In this document: positions 50,437 to 60,680 of the stretch, piece by piece
Position numbering within the stretch: the first letter of the stretch is position 1
Layout of the letters: every line of letters begins with the position of its first letter
The notes under the pieces: model-generated
The model's input: only the letters and a program-made list of their open reading frames with translations
Databases searched by the model: none
What the model was told of the DNA's origin: nothing
Origin: Planctomycetota bacterium
GTDB taxonomy: Bacteria; Planctomycetota; Planctomycetia; Planctomycetales; Planctomycetaceae
Reading direction: 5' to 3'
Length of the DNA: 64,000 nt
Assembly (NCBI GenBank): GCA_046074585.1
Contig: JBJTOM010000512.1
Coordinates: forward strand, 1,478 to 65,477
Program-made: the position numbers and the translations under genes

Positions 50437-50737
50437 GGGGCGAAGAGTCCAGCGGGCAGAGGGGTGAGAAGGTCTGCCGCTGAGTATAAGGGAGACAGCA
50501 TTGACCACAACACGGAGCACCTGCGGAAAGAAGGTTTTTTCGTGATGAAAAGTCAGGCCCCCTGCCCTCTCGGATCGCCCGAAGACTCGCTCCACCCATC
50601 CGCATCTGCTACATTCCCCACAATTGCAGATGTCTCTGTCGCCCTGGGCCTCTCAGTCAACCACCCACAGCCACTGCCCGTGCTCGCCATCTGGTTTTCA
50701 AACCTCCTTCACTCCCCCCTTCTTCCCGAGCCCCCGG

Positions 50738-51892
50738 ATGCCAAACTGCCCGCTGATTCCGTCACTCCTTTCCGTTTGCTGCCTCTGCTGTCTGCCCGCC
50801 CTTTCTCTCGGTGACGACGCCGCCCTCCAGCAGGCACTCGGCGAGGCCGGCGTCAATCGACTCCAGCTTGAGGACGCGCTGGAAAAAGCACCCGCCGATG
50901 AAAAAGTCGGCATGCGGTTTCTCATCGAAAACATGCCGACTCGCGACCTTAAATCCCTCTCCTCCGAATTCCTCCTTGAAAACAGCCGACTCACCTGGCA
51001 GGCACTCCGGGAACGCCCGTGGGCGAAGGACATTCCCAAAGACGTCATTCATGATGCCCTGCTGCCCTACGCCAGCGTTTCCGAAACCCGCGATCGCTGG
51101 CGCGCTCGATTTCATCAGCAGTTCACACCCCTGATTCAGAACTGCAAAACTCCCTCCGAAGCCGCTGCAATTCTCAACCAGCAGGTCTTCCCCCTTGTCA
51201 ATGTCAAATACTCCACTCAGCGGCGCCGCGCAGACCAAAGCCCGCTCGAAAGCATCGAGACCGGACTCGCATCCTGCACTGGCCTTTCCATTCTGCTCAT
51301 CGACGCCTGTCGTTCCGTCGGTATCCCCGCCCGGCTCGTCGGCACTCCGCTCTGGTCGGACAACAGTGGCAACCACACGTGGGTCGAAATCTGGGACAAA
51401 GGCTGGCATTTTACCGGGGCCTGCGAACCCACCGGTAACCTGCTCGATCAGGGCTGGTTCATCGACCGGGCGTCCAAAGCACGCACCGATCACCGCCTCC
51501 ATGCGATTTATGCCGTGACGTTCAGAAAAAACGGCCACGTCTTTCCGATGGTCTGGGCCCGGGATGCTCAGGATGTGAATGCCGTCAACGTCAGCGACCG
51601 CTACATCGCCCTGCGGACACCCATCCCGTCAGGGCACGGAGCCCTGCGGATTCGCGTTCGCAATAACCTCGGGCGCCGCGTTGCCGCAGAGGTGACTGTG
51701 CAGGACGGCAGCGGTGGTGTGCTCTACAGCGGACCAACCAAGGATGATCGCTTCGACTCCAACGATCACCTCACCGTTCCCGTGCTGCTGGATTCCTCCG
51801 TCACGATCCGCATCGGTCCGCGGATCGTCACCACGCGGATCCCGGCCGACAAACCGGAAATTCTCGTCGATCTGCAGAACGATATCCAGTGA
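50738..51892 (+). CDS. Transglutaminase-like domain protein (secreted)
   Basis: Signal peptide MPNCPLIPSLLSVCCLCCLPALSLG. The transglutaminase core is GLASCTGLSILLIDACRSVGIPAR...GNHTWVEIWD (Cys/His). Confidence 0.75.
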   Translation: MPNCPLIPSLLSVCCLCCLPALSLGDDAALQQALGEAGVNRLQLEDALEKAPADEKVGMRFLIENMPTRDLKSLSSEFLLENSRLTWQALRERPWAKDIPKDVIHDALLPYASVSETRDRWRARFHQQFTPLIQNCKTPSEAAAILNQQVFPLVNVKYSTQRRRADQSPLESIETGLASCTGLSILLIDACRSVGIPARLVGTPLWSDNSGNHTWVEIWDKGWHFTGACEPTGNLLDQGWFIDRASKARTDHRLHAIYAVTFRKNGHVFPMVWARDAQDVNAVNVSDRYIALRTPIPSGHGALRIRVRNNLGRRVAAEVTVQDGSGGVLYSGPTKDDRFDSNDHLTVPVLLDSSVTIRIGPRIVTTRIPADKPEILVDLQNDIQ

Positions 51893-51905
51893 AAGTGTTT
51901 CGGCA

Positions 51906-52646
51906 ATGCCCAGGTTTTCAGTGATCATTCCCGCTGCCGGCAGCAGCAGTCGCATGATCGGATTGCAGAAGAAAAAACCGTTTCTCGACCTCAGGGGGCG
52001 GCCCGTCTGGGTGCGGACCGCCGAACATTTCATGGCCCGCAGCGACGTCTGCCAGGTCATCCTCGTCGTTGCCCCGGATGACCTCGACTGGTTCCGCGAA
52101 ACCTACCGCCCCAATCTGGCCTTCATGGACGTTCAGCTCACCGCCGGAGGTGCCTGCCGGGCAGAGAGCGTTCGCAATGGACTGCAGATGCTCGCCGCCG
52201 AAGCCGAATACGTTGCGGTCCACGATGCCGCCCGTCCACTCCTCACACCCACCTGGATCGACTCCGTCTTCGCTGCCGCCGTCCGACACAAAGCGGCCAT
52301 TCCCGGTCTCCGGATCACCAGCACCATCAAACGCGTCAATGGCTCCGGGGTGATCACCGAAACCGTTGACCGCACCGGACTTGTTCAGGCCCAGACTCCT
52401 CAGGTCTTCGACCGCAGTGTCCTCGAACGCGCCTTCTCACTCTGCCGGCGGCTTGCCGATGTCACAGACGAAGCGTCCCTCGTCGAAGCGGCCGGCCACC
52501 CGGTCCACGTCGTGGATGGCTGGCCCATGAACATCAAACTCACAACCGTCGAAGATCTGCGGCTCGCTGAACTTTACCTGAATGCTCTCCCCCGCCCTCC
52601 CCTGCCCGGCTCGCTGCACCCCTTCGGCGATGACCTGTTTCGCTGA
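51906..52646 (+). CDS. ispD: 2-C-methyl-D-erythritol 4-phosphate cytidylyltransferase
   Basis: FSVIIPAAGSSSRM...KKPFLDLRGRPV, VAVHDAARPL and TPQVF are IspD motifs. The start is placed at ATG 51906. Confidence 0.85.
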   Translation: MPRFSVIIPAAGSSSRMIGLQKKKPFLDLRGRPVWVRTAEHFMARSDVCQVILVVAPDDLDWFRETYRPNLAFMDVQLTAGGACRAESVRNGLQMLAAEAEYVAVHDAARPLLTPTWIDSVFAAAVRHKAAIPGLRITSTIKRVNGSGVITETVDRTGLVQAQTPQVFDRSVLERAFSLCRRLADVTDEASLVEAAGHPVHVVDGWPMNIKLTTVEDLRLAELYLNALPRPPLPGSLHPFGDDLFR

Positions 52647-52656
52647 GCTGACCGCC

Positions 52657-53805
52657 ATGACGGTTCTCACTTGTCGCCACTTCGCCACCCAAACCTGCCG
52701 CTCCTGCAGTCTCCTGCAGTATTCACTCGAAGTCGCTCGACAGCAACAACTGCAGGTGCTTCAGGACGCGCTCGCCAGCCTCAATTGTTCCGTGTCCCCT
52801 GTGTGGTGCACCAGTCCCGCTGGCTCCCGCATCCGCGGAAGACTAGCCGTCGCCGGTTCAGCCCTGTCCCCCGTGCTTGGATTTTTCAACGCTGAGCAGC
52901 GAGTGGTTCCGGCTGCCGATTGCCCGCTGCACCACCCCCTGATCACGAATTCTCTCGAATGGCTGCTGCACTTCATTCAGGCCGCACGGCTCGAGCCCTA
53001 TTCGCCGGAAACTGACCGTGGAGAACTCAAATTCCTTGTGGCCACCGCCAGCCCTTCCAGCAGTCAACTCATGCTGCAGTGGGTGCTCCGCTCACGCGAA
53101 TCACTCGATCGAATTCGCGGAGTCTGGCGACGATTGTCTGCCGGCGAACGTGGCGATGTGACTGTCATGGCCGCCGGGCTGCAGCCAAAACGCTCATCAC
53201 GCATGACCTGCGAGGCTGAATACATCCTTTCAGAACAGCAAGCCCTTGAAGTCACGTATCCGGCCCCGGCGGTTTCACTGCTTGTGGCCCCCGGCAGCTT
53301 CGTGCAGAGCAACTATGAAATCGCGGGGGCGCTCTATGCCGCCGCCGCTGCTCGCCTGCAGCGACTGCGTCCCCGTCGCGTCCTTGATCTGTACTGCGGC
53401 TCCGGAGCGTTTGCAATGGTCGCCGCACAGTCAGGAGCTCAGGTCGTCGGTGTCGACGTTGTACACGCCTCCATCGACTGCGCCCGCACCGCCGCCGCCC
53501 GCCAGAATCTCACTGCTGAATTCCGCACCTGCCCCGCCGGTGCACTCCAGGCCGCAGAATTCCCCGAACGGTTTGACGTCGTCATCTGCAATCCGCCGCG
53601 TGGCGGACTTGATGCCGCCACCCGCAATTTGCTGCGGGAACTGGCACCCGCCACACTTCTCTACTCCAGCTGCAACCCGGCCACGCTGGCCCGGGATCTG
53701 ACGCAACTGTCTGATCGCTATGCCGTCACATGGATGCAGCCGTTCGAAATGTTTCCGGCAACAACCCACTGGGAAGTGCTCTGCGAGGCAAGTCTGTTGT
53801 CATGA
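52657..53805 (+). CDS. Class I SAM-dependent RNA (uracil-5-)-methyltransferase (RlmC/RlmD/TrmA family)
   Basis: N-terminal Cys cluster CRHFATQTCRSC, SAM motif VLDLYCGSGAFAM, motif IV VICNPPRGGLD, and C-terminal SCNPATLARD. Confidence 0.75.
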   Translation: MTVLTCRHFATQTCRSCSLLQYSLEVARQQQLQVLQDALASLNCSVSPVWCTSPAGSRIRGRLAVAGSALSPVLGFFNAEQRVVPAADCPLHHPLITNSLEWLLHFIQAARLEPYSPETDRGELKFLVATASPSSSQLMLQWVLRSRESLDRIRGVWRRLSAGERGDVTVMAAGLQPKRSSRMTCEAEYILSEQQALEVTYPAPAVSLLVAPGSFVQSNYEIAGALYAAAAARLQRLRPRRVLDLYCGSGAFAMVAAQSGAQVVGVDVVHASIDCARTAAARQNLTAEFRTCPAGALQAAEFPERFDVVICNPPRGGLDAATRNLLRELAPATLLYSSCNPATLARDLTQLSDRYAVTWMQPFEMFPATTHWEVLCEASLLS

Positions 53806-53814
53806 CGTCAGAAA

Positions 53815-55203
53815 TTGCGACAATTCGCGGACGACTGGTACCTTGTGAGTTTTCCGGAGCAGTTCCGCATGGCCGAACACGCATACGTCGAGCGATTTGT
53901 AAATCTGCTTGATCCCGACAAAAATCTGATCTTCAACATGACCGTCGATGAAGCCGTCGAGCGACTCGGAAGCGGAGATGCCCACAAGGTCCGTGAAATC
54001 GATGGTCAGTTCGCCCTCGTCCACCGTCGCGGGCACATCATCCGCATGGCCCGGTCCATCGGTCGACCCATGCGGTACTTTCTGGCCAAACAGATCGACG
54101 GTCCCTGTCTTGTCGTGGCCGAACGAATCGATGAAATCGCCGACTGGCTCCGACAGGAAGGTCTCGCCGACCAGTTCCACCCGTCCTACACCCGGATGGT
54201 GCCCGCTCACCACATCCAGGAACTGGCGCTCATCGGCTGTCCTGACCCCAGCCCCGCAAATACTCGATATTTCACGCCCGAGCGTAATCGCCGTTCCACA
54301 AACCTTGACGAACTGGGCCAAAGCTACATCGGGGCGATGCAGCAGGAAGTGTTTCGCTGGCTCGAACTCATCCCGCCAACGGCTTCTGTCGGCGTCCTCT
54401 TCAGTGGCGGAATCGACAGTGGCGCCGTGTTTCTTGCCGTCTACGATGCACTGCTCAAACGGGGGGAATCGCCGGCTCGGCTGAAAGCGTTCACACTCTC
54501 ACTGGATGCATCCGGTCAGGACGCCGCTCAGGCAAAGGATTTCCTCGATTCACTCGACCTCGGCCTGTTCCTTGAAATCATCGATGTGCCGCGGTCTGCG
54601 GTTGATTACCGCGAAGCCATCCGCGTGATCGAGGACTACAAACCGCTCGATGTCCAGGCGGCAGCGATGGGACTTGCACTCTGCCGCGAGATTCGTCGTC
54701 GCTATCCCGACTGGGAATACCTGATTGATGGCGATGGTGGCGACGAAAATCTGAAGGACTATCCAATCGAGGAAAACAGCGAGCTCACCATCCGCAGCGT
54801 CCTCAATAACCCACTCCTCTACCATGAAGGCTGGGGCATTCAGGCCGTTAAACATTCGCTGACGTACAGCGGAGGTCAAAGTCGCGGACATGTCCGCAGC
54901 TGGGCTCCGGCAACATTCTGCGGGTTTCGCGGCTTCAGTCCGTTTGCACTGCCGAATGTGATCGAGGTCTCTGAGGGCTTCCCCTTCATTCAGCTGACCG
55001 ACTGGGATCACGGTCGCCTGTATGCGCTGAAGGGCGAAATTGTCAGACGTGGCATCGAGCAGATTACGGGGCTCACGATGCCGGTCTTCGAAAAACGCCG
55101 CATGCAGCACGGTGCCACCGTCGCAGACACGTTCGCTCAAATCTTCCCCGCCGGCGAGAAAGCCTACAGAAAAGTATTCGCAGAGATCTATGCTGAACGA
55201 TAG
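53815..55203 (+). CDS. Asparagine synthase (AsnB)-related PP-loop ATP-pyrophosphatase lacking the N-terminal glutaminase Cys
   Basis: PP-loop VGVLFSGGIDSGAVFL. The rest of the sequence resembles the asparagine synthase C-terminal domain. There is no MC... start (53815 is TTG; the alternative ATG is at 53869). Confidence 0.65.
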   Translation: MRQFADDWYLVSFPEQFRMAEHAYVERFVNLLDPDKNLIFNMTVDEAVERLGSGDAHKVREIDGQFALVHRRGHIIRMARSIGRPMRYFLAKQIDGPCLVVAERIDEIADWLRQEGLADQFHPSYTRMVPAHHIQELALIGCPDPSPANTRYFTPERNRRSTNLDELGQSYIGAMQQEVFRWLELIPPTASVGVLFSGGIDSGAVFLAVYDALLKRGESPARLKAFTLSLDASGQDAAQAKDFLDSLDLGLFLEIIDVPRSAVDYREAIRVIEDYKPLDVQAAAMGLALCREIRRRYPDWEYLIDGDGGDENLKDYPIEENSELTIRSVLNNPLLYHEGWGIQAVKHSLTYSGGQSRGHVRSWAPATFCGFRGFSPFALPNVIEVSEGFPFIQLTDWDHGRLYALKGEIVRRGIEQITGLTMPVFEKRRMQHGATVADTFAQIFPAGEKAYRKVFAEIYAER

Positions 55204-55257
55204 TCGACTGCATATCGCCGATCGCCGCTGATCCCCCCCTTCAAAAGGTGCTCCTTC

Positions 55258-56496
55258 GTGCCATTACAGACCATCGAACAGGCAATCCGGGCAATCCAGT
55301 CCGGCGGGATGGTGATCGTTGTCGATGATGAAGACCGCGAAAACGAAGGTGATTTCGTCTGCGCGGCCGAATCGATCACTCCCGAACAGGTCGACTTCAT
55401 GCTGCGAGTTGGGCGCGGAACACTGTGTGTCCCCGTGACTGCCGACGATGCCGCTCGGCTTCGCCTGCGCCCTGTGGTCGAGGAATCCAGTAACACGGCG
55501 CCCAACAAAACGGCTTTTCTCCGCGCCGTCGACCATATCACCGCAGGGACCGGTGTCAGCGCCGAAAACCGTGCTCGCACCATCCGCGCTCTGGCTGCCA
55601 CCACCAGTGCTGCAGAGGACTTTCTGCAGCCCGGCCACGTAAATCCTCTCCTGGCGATGGATGGTGGTGTGCTGCGTCGAGCCGGTCACACAGAAGCAAC
55701 CATCGACCTGCTCCGCCTGGCAGGAAAACGCCCCGCCGGAGCACTCATCGAAATCTGCAGTCAGAACAGCCATGGAATGGCAGATCTGGCCGAGCTGGAA
55801 CAGCTTTCCCGGCAATATGGCATCCCGGTGATCTCCATTGAAGACCTGATTCGCTACCGTCGCATTCGGGAACAGCTTGTCACCCGGGTCGTCTCTGTTC
55901 CGCTCCCCACCGCCGAATTCGGCACACCTGTCATCTACGGCTATCAGGTCGCCCACGAATCACAGGAACCGCTCGCCATGGTCTGGGGAGATCTCAATTC
56001 CGTCGACGCCCCGCTCGTGCGTATGCATTCCAGCTGTTTCACCGGCGACGTGCTGGACTCCCTTCGCTGTGACTGCGGTGACCAGTTGCGTCTGGCAATG
56101 TCCATGATCGAAGCCGAAGGAACCGGAGCGGTCGTCTATCTGCCCCAGGAAGGCCGCGGAATCGGACTGCTGGCCAAACTTCGAGCCTATCGACTGCAGG
56201 ATGAAGGACTGGACACTGTCGAAGCCAATCATCGACTGGGTTTCAAGGCTGACATGCGCGACTACATGGTCGGCCTGCAGATCCTCAAGGACCTCGGACT
56301 CAGTCGCGTTCGCCTGCTCACGAATAACCCCAAGAAAACAGATGCGTTCGTGTACACCGGCGTCGGACTCACCGTCGTTGAACAGGTTCCCATCGTGGCC
56401 CCTCCGCATGCCTGCCGATCGGACTACATGGCAGCCAAACGCAGCAAGATGGGGCACCTGCTCCCTGACGAGGTCGTCACACCGCCCAGGGAATGA
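55258..56496 (+). CDS. ribBA: Bifunctional 3,4-dihydroxy-2-butanone-4-phosphate synthase / GTP cyclohydrolase II
   Basis: VVDDEDRENEGDFVCAAE (RibB) and RMHSSCFTGDVLDSLRCDCGDQL (RibA zinc site). The start is GTG at 55258. Confidence 0.9.
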   Translation: MPLQTIEQAIRAIQSGGMVIVVDDEDRENEGDFVCAAESITPEQVDFMLRVGRGTLCVPVTADDAARLRLRPVVEESSNTAPNKTAFLRAVDHITAGTGVSAENRARTIRALAATTSAAEDFLQPGHVNPLLAMDGGVLRRAGHTEATIDLLRLAGKRPAGALIEICSQNSHGMADLAELEQLSRQYGIPVISIEDLIRYRRIREQLVTRVVSVPLPTAEFGTPVIYGYQVAHESQEPLAMVWGDLNSVDAPLVRMHSSCFTGDVLDSLRCDCGDQLRLAMSMIEAEGTGAVVYLPQEGRGIGLLAKLRAYRLQDEGLDTVEANHRLGFKADMRDYMVGLQILKDLGLSRVRLLTNNPKKTDAFVYTGVGLTVVEQVPIVAPPHACRSDYMAAKRSKMGHLLPDEVVTPPRE

Positions 56497-56599
56497 GCAA
56501 CCATCAGGCAGGGGCTTGGGGTGGAAAACGGCGAGGAATGTGAAAGAATTCTGCGTGCGACGCTGTTGTTCAGGCGGTGGACTGTGAGGGGGGCGTTTT

Positions 56600-56857
56600 G
56601 TGGACGAGCTGCAGGGGCGGGTGGTGGTGGTGGACGTCGAGTCACCGTTTGTTTACGTGGGGCGGTTGCAGGAGGTTCGCGACAAGACGCTGGTGTTGCG
56701 CCAGGCAGACGTGCATGACATGCGGGATTCGACGACGACCCGTGAGGTGTATGTGCGGGACGCGCATCTGCATGGGATTCAGGCGAATCGGAAAACAGTA
56801 TATGTGCGACTGGACAAGGTGGTGAGCGTGGCTGCGATTGAGGACGTGATTCCCTGA
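56600..56857 (+). CDS. Small conserved-looking hypothetical protein, possible Sm-like (LSm) fold
   Basis: An 85-aa beta-rich ORF just upstream of ligA. VVVVDVESPFVYVGRLQEVRDKTLVLRQADV resembles an Sm1 motif, and KTVYVRLDKVVSVAAIE resembles an Sm2 motif. GTG start. Confidence 0.4.
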   Translation: MDELQGRVVVVDVESPFVYVGRLQEVRDKTLVLRQADVHDMRDSTTTREVYVRDAHLHGIQANRKTVYVRLDKVVSVAAIEDVIP

Positions 56858-58957
<2,100 letters not shown>

Positions 58958-58973
58958 TGGAACGGGTCACCGC

Positions 58974-59002
58974 TGAGCCGCCGGACGGCAGTCCGCGGGC
59001 AA
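58974..59002 (+). repeat. Partial copy (module B) of a short intergenic repeat
   Basis: tgagccgccggacggcagtccgcgggcaa differs at 2 of 29 positions from 60558-60586. It contains the palindrome cggac-ggca-gtccg and sits just after the ligA stop. Confidence 0.6.
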
Positions 59003-59127
59003 CAGCGCTGCCGCAATCATGTAACACACAGGCACCCAGCCGCGTCCGTGAGGAAGCGGCTGACCCAGCCGTCTTCAATTCGGCTTAATTGGACAGCCTG
59101 CTGGAGGGAAGAGTGGGGATGGGGCGG

Positions 59128-60390
59128 TTAATGGCGAATGTGGCCGTCTCCACGGACGATGTATTTGTATGTGGTGATTTCGCGGAGTCCGCAGGGGCCG
59201 CGAGCGTGGAAGCGGTCGGTACTGATGCCGATTTCGGCGCCCAGTCCCAGTTCACCTCCGTCGTTGAAGCGAGTGCTGGCGTTGACAACCACGGCTGAGG
59301 AATCCACAAGCTGTTCAAATTTTGCAGCCGCATTGAGGCATCGGGTGACGATGGCATCAGTGTGGGCTGAGCCGTAGTGGCGGATATGCGCAATGGCATC
59401 ATCGAGGGAATCGACGATGCGGACGTTGAGAATGAGGTCGAGGTGTTCGGTGTGATAATCCTGTTCGGTGGCTGGAACGGCTGCGGGTGTGAGCGCAAGG
59501 CTGTGCGGGCAGCAGCGGAGCTGGACATTCTGCTGTCGCAGGGCGCCGGCGAGGACTGGCCAGAGAGTGTCGGCGATATTGCGATGAATAAGCAGTGTTT
59601 CGGTGGCGTTGCAGACCCCTGGACGCTGACACTTGCTGTTGATGACGATCTCCAGGGCGGTGGATTCGTCGGCTGACTGGTCGATAAAGACGTGACAGAT
59701 GCCGTCGAAGTGTTTGATGACGGGCATGGTGGCTTCGCGGGTCACTCGTTCAATGAGCGATCGACCACCACGGGGGATGGTGACATCGATGAGTCGTCCG
59801 AGCTGCAGCAGTTCGCCGACCAGTTCGCGTTCGGGGGACTGCACGAGTTGCACGGCGAAGTCCGGGAGTCCGCAGCGGGTGGTTGGTTCTGTGAGCACGG
59901 CTGCGAGTGCCTGGTTGGTGTGCAGGGCTTCGCGTCCGCCGCGCAGGATCACCGCATTGCCACTCTTGAGGCAGAGTGCAGCCGCATCGATGGTCACGTT
60001 GGGCCGGGATTCGTAAATGAAGAAGACGACGCCCAGAGGAACGCGGACACGACTGACAGACAATCCGTTGGGACGGCGGTGACCGTCGATGACTTCGCCG
60101 ACGGGATCCGGGAGCGAGATGACGTGTTCGACGGCTTTGGCGAGCGCTTCAATGCGGTCCGGGGTGAGCGTGAGTCGGTCGCGCATTGCGGGGCTGATAC
60201 CGGCCGTGGTGGCGGCCTGCAGATCCAGTTGATTGGCGGCCAGCAGCGCGGCGGTATTTTGCCGGAGACCGGTTGCGACGGCCGCCAGCCAGCGATTTTT
60301 GGATTCACCGGAAATGGTCGCGAGTGCTGTGGCAGCGGCGCGGGCGTTTTGGGCAAGCGACAGTGCGAGTGTGGCGAGGGGGATGGACAT
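59128..60390 (-). CDS. proA: Glutamate-5-semialdehyde dehydrogenase (gamma-glutamyl phosphate reductase)
   Basis: ProA-typical sequence throughout (LAANQLDLQAA..., IYESRPNVT, the catalytic-Cys region SKCQRPGVCNATETLLIH, and C-terminal GAEIGISTDRFHARGP). The start is placed at ATG 60390. Confidence 0.9.
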   Translation of the reverse strand: MSIPLATLALSLAQNARAAATALATISGESKNRWLAAVATGLRQNTAALLAANQLDLQAATTAGISPAMRDRLTLTPDRIEALAKAVEHVISLPDPVGEVIDGHRRPNGLSVSRVRVPLGVVFFIYESRPNVTIDAAALCLKSGNAVILRGGREALHTNQALAAVLTEPTTRCGLPDFAVQLVQSPERELVGELLQLGRLIDVTIPRGGRSLIERVTREATMPVIKHFDGICHVFIDQSADESTALEIVINSKCQRPGVCNATETLLIHRNIADTLWPVLAGALRQQNVQLRCCPHSLALTPAAVPATEQDYHTEHLDLILNVRIVDSLDDAIAHIRHYGSAHTDAIVTRCLNAAAKFEQLVDSSAVVVNASTRFNDGGELGLGAEIGISTDRFHARGPCGLREITTYKYIVRGDGHIRH

Positions 60391-60502
60391 ACGCGTGAGG
60401 AGCGAGGGGAGAGAATGGGGGACGGGAGGCTGTTGAAGATGATAGGCGTTTCGCGGCGAATTGAAAATCCCTGGAATCGATCTGAGTGGACAGGGGGGCA
60501 AT

Positions 60503-60586
60503 GGGCGTTTGACCCCTCACCCCCGACCCTTCTCCCCTGGGAGGGGAGAGGGGTGATTGAGCCGCAGGACGGGAGTCCGCGGGCAA
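60503..60586 (+). repeat. Short intergenic repeat, full copy (module A hairpin plus module B)
   Basis: gggcgtttgacccctcacccccgacccttctcccctgggaggggagaggggtgat (hairpin ctcccc-tggg-aggggag), followed by tgagccgcaggacgggagtccgcgggcaa. Confidence 0.6.
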
Positions 60587-60680
60587 AGACTCAGCCAGGC
60601 CTGTGAGATGGCTGTTGGAAGTGGGAAGCTGGAAGTGCGGGCTCACGCCCTGACCGGCCGTGCGACGTGTTGAAGTGCCT

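Noticed and set aside
55204-55257. Possible FMN riboswitch upstream of ribBA. Likewise a TPP riboswitch upstream of thiO (19805-19825).
   Set aside because: The intergenic spacers are only ~54 and ~21 nt, far too short for either aptamer.
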